DNA from: Heptranchias perlo
Lineage: Eukaryota
Assembly: GCF_035084215.1 (NCBI RefSeq)
Contig: NC_090353.1
Coordinates: 10,106,001 to 10,170,000 of the forward strand
DNA length: 64,000 bases
Direction of reading: 5' to 3'
Position numbers and translations under genes: made by a program. Shown here in pieces: positions 39,691 to 51,255 of the stretch. Below the pieces are notes generated by a model. It was not told the DNA's origin, searched no databases, and was given only the letters and a program-made list of their open reading frames with translations. Positions within the stretch are counted from its first letter, which is position 1; each line of letters begins with the position of its first letter.

Positions 39691-41159
39691 AGTTGTCTAC
39701 TAATCTTGAGTCAAGATACTGTCAAATCAGCATAGATTGTGAGACTGGCTCAGCTAAGTATATGACAGCTAGTTACTTTTGAATGTGATTGGCAGTTATT
39801 CAAATTCAGGGAAGTCCCATTAACTGTTTTCAGGAATATTTAAAGAGGTGCAACTGGTCAAATCTGTGTCAGTCTGGAACTTCCAAGAGATATAATTCAG
39901 ACCAGCACAGTTCTTGCAGCAGTAAGAAATACAAGAAACATTGCATATATAAATGATAGTACTTTAATAAAACAGATTATTCTGTTATTTATTTGTTAAA
40001 TAAATTCCTGTAACACTTTAAAACATAAAATGTCTGATGTGATGCTCTGCCAATTGTCAGACAGGAGAGAGAACCTGTGGAGGCAGTGATAATTCCATTA
40101 ACCAAAATAATTCATGGAAACAGTTTTTCTGTTTGTTATTCTGAGCACATTACCAAAAGCTTACTAATGAAGCTGCTCTCAAATGCAGGGAGTTGGAATT
40201 CACTAATCAGTGATCTAAAACACAGAGGAATAAAAAAAAACCTAGAGCAAGGATAAGACCCACCTGTGACATGAAAGGCTTCTTTTTGCATTGAGACCCT
40301 CATTTGGCTGCTCACCTTCAGTTCACTCTGAACACTCATTAAGCACAAAGCCATGTGCATATATTTAAAAAAAATATATTTTAAGAATCCTGGAAAAACC
40401 ATTAAAACACAAAATGATTTATCTTGGACTCAAAACAGGTTAATGTACCGGTGAAAGTGAAGTTCTGTTTTCCAATTGTAGCTACTGTTTTAACTTGTAC
40501 AAGATAATAAACAATTCTTAGCTTAGACTGAAATATAGTCTAAGCATGGTATTTTTCTTCTTGGAGAGACCAGGAGTCTACCAAGGGCAATCCATACTAT
40601 ATTTAGTACAACGCAGCAAAGGATCTGCATATCTTGACTTCCTGTTCTTACGTTTCTGTACACTTTGTGTCAACTTTTGCTTTCCCCCCCATCCTATTAT
40701 AAATTCTTACATCCAGATTTATAATGAGTTACACCTATGTAAACTTGTCAGGGTGTAATTACACAATCTTCATCAGCCCGTAGGGACATGGCTGCAGTCT
40801 GGGGGGGTGGGGTGGGGGTGTTGGGCACCACCCCTCCCCCACTCACCCCCATAGCAGCCATATGCAGAGATGTACCTACAGTGGGGTCTGTCCCCACTTC
40901 CTCCATGCAAATTAGGTGCCCACCCCCTGACCCAAAAACTCTGGCAGGGTCAGCAATGGAGGGCACCAGCAGATGCAAGGGCCCTCACATCTGCTTTCAC
41001 TTTCAGTCAGCTCTTTCCACTATAAATTCCTATGTCTGCATTTATAATAACAATTGCTTTAAACTAGACATGCTGTAATTACACCCTCCTGCCAGTGATG
41101 ATGCTGCTCGTGCCTTTACAAGGGGGGGAAAAAAGAGAATAGATGCGAATATCATTGTA

Positions 41160-43550
41160 TGCTACAGCCATTTGGCCCAATGTGCCAGCTCATTGAAAGA
41201 ATTATCCAATTAATCCCACTCCCCTGCTCTTTCCCACAGCCATGAAATATTTTCCTTTTCAATTATTTATCCAATTCCCTTTTGAAAACAATTATTGAAT
41301 CTGCTGCCACCACCCTTATAGGCAATGCATTCCAGACCATAACAGCTTTGCATTAAAAAAAAGTTTCCTCATGTTGCCTGTTTCTTTTGCTAATCACCTT
41401 AAATCTGTGTCCTCTGATTACTGACCCTTCTGCCACTGGAAACAGTTTCTCCCTATCTACTCTATCAAAACCAGTCATGATTTTGAACATCTCTACCTCT
41501 TAACCGTCTCTATTCTAAAGGAGGTCAATCCTACCTTCTCAAGTCTCTCCACATAACAGAAGTCCCTCATCCCTGGTACCATTCTAGTAAATCTCTTCTG
41601 CACCCTCTCCAAGGCCTTGACATCCTTCCTAATGTGTGGTGCCCAGCTGAGGCCTGATCAGTGTTTTATAAAAAAATTAGCATAATTCCTTGCTTTGTAT
41701 TCTATGCCTCTTAATAAAGCCCAGGATTCCATCTGCTTTTTATTTTTAGAGAAACAGCCTTCTCACCTGCCACCTTCAAAGATTTGTGTACATATACCCC
41801 CATGTCTCTGTACCCCCTTTAAAATTGTACCATTTATTTAGTTTATATTGCCTCTCCTCATTTTTCCTACCAAAAATGTATCACTTCACACTTCTCTGCC
41901 CATTTCACCAGTCTGTTGTTACTATCCTCCACATGGTTTACTACATTCCCCAAGTCTTGTGTCATCTGCAAACTTTGAAATGATGCCCTGTATACCCAAG
42001 TCCAGGTCATTAACATATAATCAAAGGAGCAATGGCTCTAATACCAAACCCTGGGAAATACCATTGTGTACTTCCCTCCAGTCTGAAAAACAACTGTTCA
42101 ATACTGCTTTCTGTCCCTTAGCCAATTTTGTATCCATGCTGCTACTGTCCCTTTAATCCCATGGGCTTTAATTTTGCTTACATCTATTATGTGGTACTTT
42201 ATCAAATGCCTTTTGAAAGGCCATATACAACATCAACCACACTACCCTCATCAACCCTCTCCATTACATCAAAGAATTCAATCAAGTTAGTCAAATATGA
42301 TTTGCCTTTAACAAATCTATGCTGATATTTATGCCCACACTTTTCCAAGTGCCAATTATTTTTGTCCTGGACTATTGTCTCAAAGTTTCCCCACTCACCG
42401 ACATTAGGCTGACTGGCTTATAGTTGCCAGGTTTATCCCTCTCCCCTTTTTTGAACAGGGGTGTGACATTTGCAATCCTCTAGTCCTCTGGCACTACCCC
42501 AATATCTAAGGAGGGATTAGAAGATTGTGGCCAGAGCCTCCACAATTTCTACTCTTACTTCCCCCAGTAACCTAGGATGCATCCCATCAGACCAGATGAC
42601 TTTTCTACTTTGAGTACTGCAAACCTTTTAAAAGGACCTTTTTTTTCCCTTCCCTATCCAGTAACACTACTACCTCCTCCTTCTCTACTGCAACATTAGA
42701 GAGAAGAGGATGCTGCCAGTGAAGACCAATGTGAAGTATTCATTTAGTACCTCAGCTATGCTCCACAAGCTGATCTCTGTTTTTGTCCTTAATCAGCCCC
42801 ACCCTTCCTTTAGTGTTTTTGGGTTCCTTTTTATATGTTAGACGCTAATCTATTCTCATACTCTCTGCCCCATATTCCCTTTTTTTTAGATCTTCTCTGT
42901 ATTCAGCCTGGTTCTCTACTGTATTATGAACCTTATATGTGTCACAAGGTCCTGTTTCATTTTAATCTCTATCTTTAGTTATAAAGGCAGCTCTGGATAC
43001 CCTTCTTTTCCCCCTTGTGGGGATGTGCCTACCCTGCACACAAATCATCATCTCCTTAAAAGGCCTCCCATTGTTCAATTACTGTTTTGCCTACCAATTT
43101 CTGATTCCAATCCAGCACAGCAAGATCCCTTTTTAACTCACTGAAATTAGCCCTCCTCCAGTTAAGTATTTTCACATTTGATTGTTCCTTGTCCTTTTCC
43201 ATAACTATTCTAAACCTAATGATATTATGATCACCATTCCCCAAATGCTCCCCACTGAGACATGCACCACTTCATTCCCCAGAACAAGAACCAGCACTAC
43301 TTCCTTCCACACTTTAAAAAAAGTTATCTTGTATACATTTCAGGAATTCCTCCCCTTCTTTGCCCTTTACACTGTTACTATCCCAGTTTATATTGGGCTA
43401 ATTGAAGTCCCCCATTATCACTGCTCTATAGTTTTCACATTTTCTGTAATTTGCTCCTCTATCTCCTTCCCACTATTTGGTGGTCTATAATACACACCCA
43501 GTAGCAGAATAGCTCCTCTATTGTTCCTTAATTCTAACCAAATAGATTCT
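41160..43550 (-). mobile_element. CR1 LINE ORF2
   Basis: GNGDHNIIRFRIVME..LNWRRANFSELKRDL and reverse RT motifs. Same family as 23315-26650 and 29252-31580. Confidence 0.9.
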
Positions 43551-44179
43551 CCTGTCACAAGCTTACATAGGCAATTTCTATTATAAATAGGGACACAGGA
43601 ATTTATAGTAAAAGTTTACAAGAAGTAGGCACAGTATTTTAAAATACTGGTTAAACAAGAGTAAAAAAAAATCAACACTATCCTAGGAAAGCCTACTACA
43701 AATAGGTCAAGAACAAGTAGTATCTAGAAGGAGGCCATTCCTGACATTCTACCCAAACTAAAAAAGTGCACATCAGTAAATTTTTAACTTACCAATTTTG
43801 AAATTGGTGTCAATATCTTACAGTCCCACATATTGCAGAAGATTTCTGGTAAGCATCACCACCCAGACACATATCAGTAGCTCCAGAGAGTTCTCCAAGT
43901 GATCTTAAAGCACGAACAGCCTCTAACAGGACGGGCAGGACACATTACATACCAGGGACAAGTAACAACAAAATAAAATCTCAAATACACCTGGTTTTAA
44001 CTTCAATATAAACAAATAAGCTACTCTACAACATCATGAAGTAACTTGAGGTAAGTTAGGCGATATTTCAATTAGGTTCTCAGCATACAGCCATATTAAC
44101 ACTCACCTCAGAGCGAACTACTACCACAAACTAACTACTCCCAACTTCAAAAGAGCCACAAACCCCACTCTAAACAACA

Positions 44180-44272
44180 ATTGGGGTAGCGAAGGAGAAA
44201 GCCTCCAAAACCTTGTGATTTTTCAAATAAAACAGTTGGACTATAACCTGGTGGTGTACGATTCCTTACATT
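44180..44272 (+). mobile_element. Short Penelope-type terminal relic next to the promoter
   Basis: gaaggagaaagcctccaaaaccttgtgatttttcaaataaaacagttggactataacctggtg resembles the common shark PLE terminal repeat. The hammerhead core is eroded. Confidence 0.55.
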
Positions 44273-44299
44273 GAAACAACGATTGACAAAGAACTCTGG

Positions 44300-45230
44300 T
44301 GCTGAGGACTCGCCCCTCCCCAAATATACCGATATGGGCGTGGACGCCGTGCACAAGATAGCCACACTCGACTGCTCTTTAGACCAATAGTAATGGCGTA
44401 CAAAGGCTCGATCCCGGCGGGAGGTATGATTGACGTTAATTACAGCCAATAGCGTGATTCCATGGGCGGGATAGCTGTGTGATGGATAGTCGTTTTATCC
44501 AATAGAGTAGCGCGGGGCGGTCTTTCGCTCGCTGATGGTGCGCGCGTAGGCGGCTGAGCGCGGGGTTGACTTTGTTTGATTTTAACGGATTTTTTTTTTT
44601 CGCGTCTCTTCTCTGCCCGGTTTTCCCCCCCTCCCCCCTCCTCCTCCTCCTCAGCTCGAGTCCCGGAGAAACGCCAGCGCCGCCCGGCACCCTCACCCCG
44701 TACCGATTGCGGGGCTCAGACAGAGTAAGTGCAGATTTGTTAGAGAGAAAGAAAATAAAACCCGACATTGAACCGGGAAACAGGCCCAGGCCATGCGGCA
44801 TTGGGGCCTGCGCTGCCACAAGCTACGCCTCGAGCTTGGAGTGATCTGGTTACCCGTGAGATAGAGGGGTGGCACAGCAGAAGCCGGTAGGAAAGGCCGC
44901 GGTGTGGGAGGGGAGGGAAGGCCCGGATTTGTTGGGTTTGAGCGGGAAGAGAGAGATTAAAGTTCGGGGCTTTCTAACAGCGAAAAGGAAGCGGTTCAGC
45001 AAATCATAAATCGAGGCCGAGGATGTACGCCGGTGGGGTAGGCCATTTTTTAAAATGCGACGGTTGTAAGATGGAGGCGGTAGGGTAAAGGCTGAGACCT
45101 CCGGCGGGCAGGATGTTGAGGTCCCGGCGGCTCCAGTCCCGACCGCTTGGTTTCAATGGGAATAAAAGTGGATGGGGGAGCGCGCCACTGCATCCAACAG
45201 AACAATGCGCCCACACCCGGGCCAGCAGCT
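44300..45230 (+). promoter_or_regulatory. CpG island / TATA-less ELAVL1 promoter
   Basis: Sharp rise in CpG density. CCAAT boxes at 44384, 44446 and 44499; GC boxes at 44464 and 44515; E2F-like GGCGGGAG at 44416; TGACGT at 44431. Confidence 0.85.
44540..44724 (+). other. ELAVL1: ELAVL1 non-coding exon 1 (start approximate)
   Basis: GC-rich leader after the promoter boxes, ending at the donor AGA|GTAAGT (44725). Mammalian ELAVL1 also has a non-coding exon 1. Confidence 0.7.
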
Positions 45231-46589
45231 TTTGTATCCAACACTCAAACATTTCATTGCACAAAGCCCTTTAAACTCATTAAGCACAAAATTAAATCCT
45301 AAACCTTAAACATTTAGGGAAAAAATAATCTGAACTGTAACAAACTCCAAATATTTGTAATGCATTTTAAAATGCTAATTAAATATATGCCTCATAATTC
45401 CCACGTCCATCAAACAAACTTTAAATTTTCCAACCATTGATTTCCCCCAATATTTTACCTCCCAGCAGTTGGTTATTTCCCAAACTTCCACCTTCAGTAA
45501 GGTGCAACTGATCGCAGAGGTTTTACATGCTTGAATGGATATATTGGCACAAATTGTTTACCAAGTAAAGGTAGATGAAGCATGCTTCACCTGTTCCTTG
45601 TTCAATCTGATTTTTTTTTTGTTTTTCCCCTTTATCTGCAGTCATCCAGTTCACAAATATAAATGTATATAATAGTGTAATGTTTCAACTACACTTGTTT
45701 TTCTTCCAAGTAGCACTTGAGTGCACAATGTCCACGTTTGCACTTTGCTGTTAAAAAGCTGTTTTGAAATGGTGAAATTCCAACTTAATGCTGCACTCAT
45801 TTTCCACAGTCCAACTCTGGTTGTCTGGTTCAGTGATAGAACTGTCAAAGAATGGTGTTTGGTTTGTATTCATTTCATTTTGGTAAGAACTGAATGCAAC
45901 AAAGACGTGCATTTGGTATTTGGGCTTCATCACAGTTCTCACAAACTTCTCCAGGGGCTTCCCATACAAATCAATTAGTATGAAGTGCAATGTGCTCATA
46001 TTGGAAAATGTGGCAGCCATTTTATATACAACAAGATCCCATAAACAGGAATGAGATGAATGACCAATTTACATGACTTTGATAGTGGTGGTTGAGGGTG
46101 GAATGTTAGCTAGGCCACTGAGTGAGCCATTGAATCTCAAATGTTCACTTGAACAGTGGATGGGGCCTTCAACTATGCAGCAGTCCTTCAGTACTGCATT
46201 GGAGCATCAGCCTAAATTATGTGATCAGATGATCTACTGTATTTTGATAGTTGAATGTTTTCTGGGGACTTGGCTGTAAATTTGATGTGATTTTGACTTT
46301 TTCTACTTACTCCTTCTGTTGTCTACAAAATTTTAATTCATTAAACCCAATGGACTTTTTGGATATCTGTAAATTCATTTTAAGAGTGGCTGCTGTGCTG
46401 ATACCCAAAGCTTGTACTTGGGTCAAATTTCAGAATTTCTGTTGCTTGTTAATGAATATAATGAAGCACACTAAGCTGGAGCAGTGTAGAAATTCTGCCA
46501 TTTCCACTGGGGGACTTTTTTGTGACTTAGTGCACATAAATTAAATGCACACTGTTTCAGGATCCTGATTCTTTTGCCATTAAAAGGTG

Positions 46590-46970
46590 CCAGCCATGGC
46601 TCAGTTGGTCGTACTCTTGCCTCTGAGTCAGGAGATTGAGTTCAAGTCACATTCCAGAGACTTGAGCACAAAATCTAGGCTGACACTTCAGTGCTGCACT
46701 CTCGGAGCTGCCGGCTTTCGGATGAGAAAGACGGCACCGTCTGGTGTCTCAGGTGGATGTAAAAGATCCCATGGCACTATTTTGAAGAAGAGCAGGGGAG
46801 TTCTCCCGGTGTCCTGGCCCACATTTATCTCTCAACCAAAATCACAAAAAAAAGGAGTTTATTTCATTGCTGTTTGTAGGAGCTTGCTATGCGCAAATCG
46901 GCTGCCACGTTTTCTACATTACAACAGTGACTACACTTCAAAAGTGCTATATAAATTCAAGCCTTTTTTA
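46590..46970 (+). mobile_element. Deu-domain SINE in intron 1
   Basis: Well-preserved head and core (ctcttgcctctgagtcagg..aggtggatgtaaaagatcccatggcactattttgaagaagagcagggg). Confidence 0.88.
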
Positions 46971-47739
46971 TTAATGCAGTGTTAATCTGGTTGGATGCAC
47001 ACTGGTTTGAAGCACGGATCTTTAGATTCTGGTGGCCAATTCAGTCATTTAAGTGCACACATTAGTGCATTGTTCTAAGCAGACAACTGTAAATCAAAGC
47101 CACCAGGGTTAATCATTACACCCCAGGTGTTAAGCCTGAGTGACTGCACCAGCAAGAAAATACACTTTTCCACCTCCTGTTGAGTCCAGGTTTTGAGACA
47201 GTTGAAATCACTGAGATGGTGAACAGTGAGCCAGTTAAGTAACGCTTGGTCCCCACGCTAATTTTAGATGGTAAAATCAACTTTGTTGCCTGCTGCTAAT
47301 GTACCCGTCAAATCAGGGAGCTTCATCGGAAGCATTTTGAACTGTTTAAAATGAGAGTTCTAAATGTTTAGAATGCCAGAGTGTGTTGAATATGCAGTAA
47401 CCAGCTGGTGTTGCATTCAACAATGCGCTTCACTGACCACTCCAAACACACTTCTCTTTAAAATGCTTGAGGTGTAGGAATCTTTTCACTTGTGCTGATT
47501 TGACAGGTAAAGTTGCAGCAAACTGAGTGTACAAAGCCAGGGTCTTGCTTTTGCAGTGTGAAGTTGGCACGGGTGAGAGACTGGAGTCTTTTAAAATGGT
47601 TCTCCGTTTAGTGGCTCTGTTCATCATCTTGCTGTTCTCTGTTAAATTAAAAAGAAAAACCTGTAAATCCTGAAATCTGAAATAAAAACAAAATGCTATT
47701 TTATAACAAGGGAACATACAATGAGCCATGGTGAGAGAG

Positions 47740-48130
47740 TTAGGAGGGCTGAATGCTAGGTTTTAATGAATTTTTTTTAAGGTGGAAAAAGAAATGGTGA
47801 GGTTTAAGAAGGGAGTACCGAGAGTATGGTTGAGGTAGCTGAAGGCTCTGCTGCCATTTGGATGAAATAGGTGGAGAATGCACAAAAGGCCAACGTCAGA
47901 GGATTGGAGGGTGTGGAAGAGGATGTAAGGATGGTAGCGGTTGCAGAGATAGATATAGGGCTGAAGACAAGGATTTTAAATTCAATCTGTTGGGTAGCAG
48001 GGTGCCAGTATAGGTCAGAGAGGGCAGCAATGACAGGTGAGTGGGAACAGGATACAGGCAGCTGAGTTTTGAAAAAGTTTGGAGTTCTTTTGGAGGGTGG
48101 TGGCTGGGAGCTGGCAGGGAGAACATTAGA
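47740..48130 (-). mobile_element. Decayed L2 3' fragment in intron 1
   Basis: Minus ORF SPVIAALSDLYWHPATQQIEFKILV matches the L2 H+TP+L..LHWLP+..RI.FK motif. Confidence 0.7.
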
Positions 48131-49669
48131 GGGCAATTTTTACCAAAACGTTATTTCTGGGATCCTAATGACAAATGGATTTATGGTCTGGATTATTATA
48201 TAAATTATTATTTTGTTAATTTTCCTCTTCTGAAGCTGCTTTAAAATGTATTTAATTGCACTGTGATTATTTTAAATTTGATCCTAAATTTCCCCAAAGA
48301 GAGCACTTGCTTATACCGTCATGTGTCAAAACAAAAACAACAGCATCAAAAATTGGAGCTTCCTCTTCACTTTTGAAATGCGCATATTTCAAATTTTAAA
48401 GTAATGTCCTGTACTTCATTGTTCAGTTTTGTGCTAAAAGTAATTTTTGTGGAGATATTTTAAGGATCAGTTTGGCACAGAACTGAAGAGAAATTAAGCT
48501 AGTTCAAAATAAATTACTGAAAGGTAAAAGAGTGGGAGGGGAAGGGAGTTGAATGTGAAAGTAATTGGAAGGGCTGGTTAGACGATGGAGTTGTTCTAGT
48601 GAGCTTGGACCACCAAGTGGGTCCTGGCCTTTGATCAGTATTTGCATCTTTCATTGGGTGACCCTTCCATTTGGGCAAGTAGAAAAATGAAAGTTTGAGG
48701 AGGGAAGGGCTATTAAAAGGATAAATGCTACCCAGCTTTTTGTTGGGCATTCACAGTGGATTAGTTGTGGAAAAGTGAAGAAATCCTTGTTGGGGTGAAG
48801 GAGAAAGGGCAGTGGTGGATGGCAGCAGTGATGAACAAAATAAACCAAGACTATATATTTCAGTTCTGGTTTATTTCTCTGGTTATCACTTTTTTTCACT
48901 CCCTTTTTCATTTGGTTGTGGTCCAATATCTTTCACCCTCGCATGTATTTGTTGTCAGCTTTGCAGAATGTTTAGATGTAGAGGATGCACAAGGAACTGT
49001 GCGATGGGATTTATAAGCCACAAATAGCCTGACCTGGTAATTCTGTTCTAGTAGTGTAATATAAATTCTGTCCCATAGCACTTCAGGTTTTGCATCTACT
49101 GGACCTCAGGTAAGTAATTTATATTGTTGAATAGCTGGAGAAAATAATGTAAAGTTTTTTTTCTTGGTACCCTTTTCTGAACTGTAGTTTCGTCTCCATG
49201 AAATGTAGACTTTTTTTTAGCAAGATAATATAATGTAGGATAAATAACATTGTTTTCAGAAGGGTTTAGTAGTTTAAAGTGTAGGTCACTAAAGACAATT
49301 AAATGTAGCTCACTAAAGAAACTATAAATTACTTTACTATGACATACCACTTGCTAAGAATTTTTTTTATATATGGCTTCCAACAAAAGGATTACTTGGT
49401 TTGGCGCTTCTGATCAATTTCCCTTGAATTGTCTGTTGTAAATCGATGCACAAGAGAAAACCAATGTTGTCAGTTGTCTTATTTAGAGGATGTGGCTGGG
49501 GAAATTGCACTTAAGCCAATATGTCACGTGTATGATGTGCTTAATTCATAATCTCCAATACCAACAGTGAAGATCCTGTAACCAACAGTACTTCACCCTA
49601 GTGTTCTTCAGTTCAAAATGCGCTCTCCAGTTACCAGCTGGGTTTGGAAATCTATAGTTGTGGTGCTGA

Positions 49670-50158
<489 letters not shown>

Positions 50159-51139
50159 TAAGGTAAAGCTGCAGCCATTGCTGCTTTTTTATTCTTAGAT
50201 AATATTTGTAAGCAAATCTCTGGTAGCCGCTTGGATTAATATTCTTTTCTTCTGAATTTCCTGGAACTTGGAGCCAGTTCCTGGAATATTGCATCAAGCC
50301 TGGCCGAATGTGATCCATTTCCCATCTAGTTAAGTGGGAAGTAGCATAAATTGATATGATGCTGCCACTCGCATCTCAAAAACCTGTTTTTTGGGGGATT
50401 ACCACTGGCTCATTTTCTTGTGGGATATGGTTGCACTTGTAGATGGTAATGAGTTGTAGAATGCAAGTCAACAGACTGGTGCAGTATTGTTTTGTCCGTT
50501 ATAAACAATTGTTCCTTGTTTCAAGACGGGTGTTGCTGCTGGCAAATGAGTGCTGGAGAGCTCTAAAACAAGTGGGACGGGGAGATGTGTCATCGGTATC
50601 TCTGGACAGATAATTCTGTCCAGAGTAAATGATAAACCGTGCATTCATTTTCAGCGCATTGGGATGTGGTATATCTAGTTTACCCAGTTGCCCAGACAAA
50701 CTGCATCTGCCATATGTGGAGCCCACTATCATTCTACAGTGAAAGATGTACCATTATTTTGGGGGTTCAGTATAGTTGCTGTGCTGTGATAGAGTATTTA
50801 AGTACAGGCTATAAAAGCAAGACTGAGAAATAAGTACCTTTAGGTGATACCAAGGTGTGACGAACAAGGGTGCCAAAGTGGCTATTGTGGAATACTCTGC
50901 TTTTGCTTATTTCTTCATTTTAAAATGCGGAGGACTTGCACTATTCTATAGATTTCTGCCGATTCAGTAGTTGCATGATTTTGATGCCATTTTTCATTCA
51001 TGGTAGCTGTCCGTAGGAAGACATCACTTTTAGATGTAGAGGTGAGACTGAATGAGAGAGAATATAAAGTGTTTCGTACAGCGCCTCTTTACTGTGTGAT
51101 TTTGATTCTTGAATCTTGCAAAATTTTGGAAAATTTCTT

Positions 51140-51255
51140 TACTGTCAGTTTGGAACTGAGCTGTACACAGCATCAAGAATTTGTTCCTTGATGGTATTAG
51201 CAGATCTCAGCAAGGATGGTGGTATGGGTGGTTTCATTGGCCTCAGTATCTCTTT
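51140..51255 (+). mobile_element. LF-SINE-like head fragment in intron 2
   Basis: tggaactgagctgtacacag..ttagcagatctcagc..attggcctcagt. Confidence 0.5.

Noticed and set aside
1-44000. CCL25 chemokine expected upstream by human synteny (head-to-head with ELAVL1)
   Set aside because: I found no signal peptide + CC + C..P...WV exon set on either strand by eye. It may lie outside the window; tBLASTn would settle it.
44436-44875. Overlapping ORFs in the CpG island
   Set aside because: Low-complexity products of GC-rich promoter DNA with no recognisable domain.
4740-46970. tRNA genes
   Set aside because: The tRNA-like A/B-box segments are SINE heads; none forms a complete cloverleaf.
51000-51191. 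ORF starting MVAVRR, resembling ELAV alternative N-termini
   Set aside because: It lies downstream of the first coding exon, overlaps a SINE relic and has no supporting splice sites.
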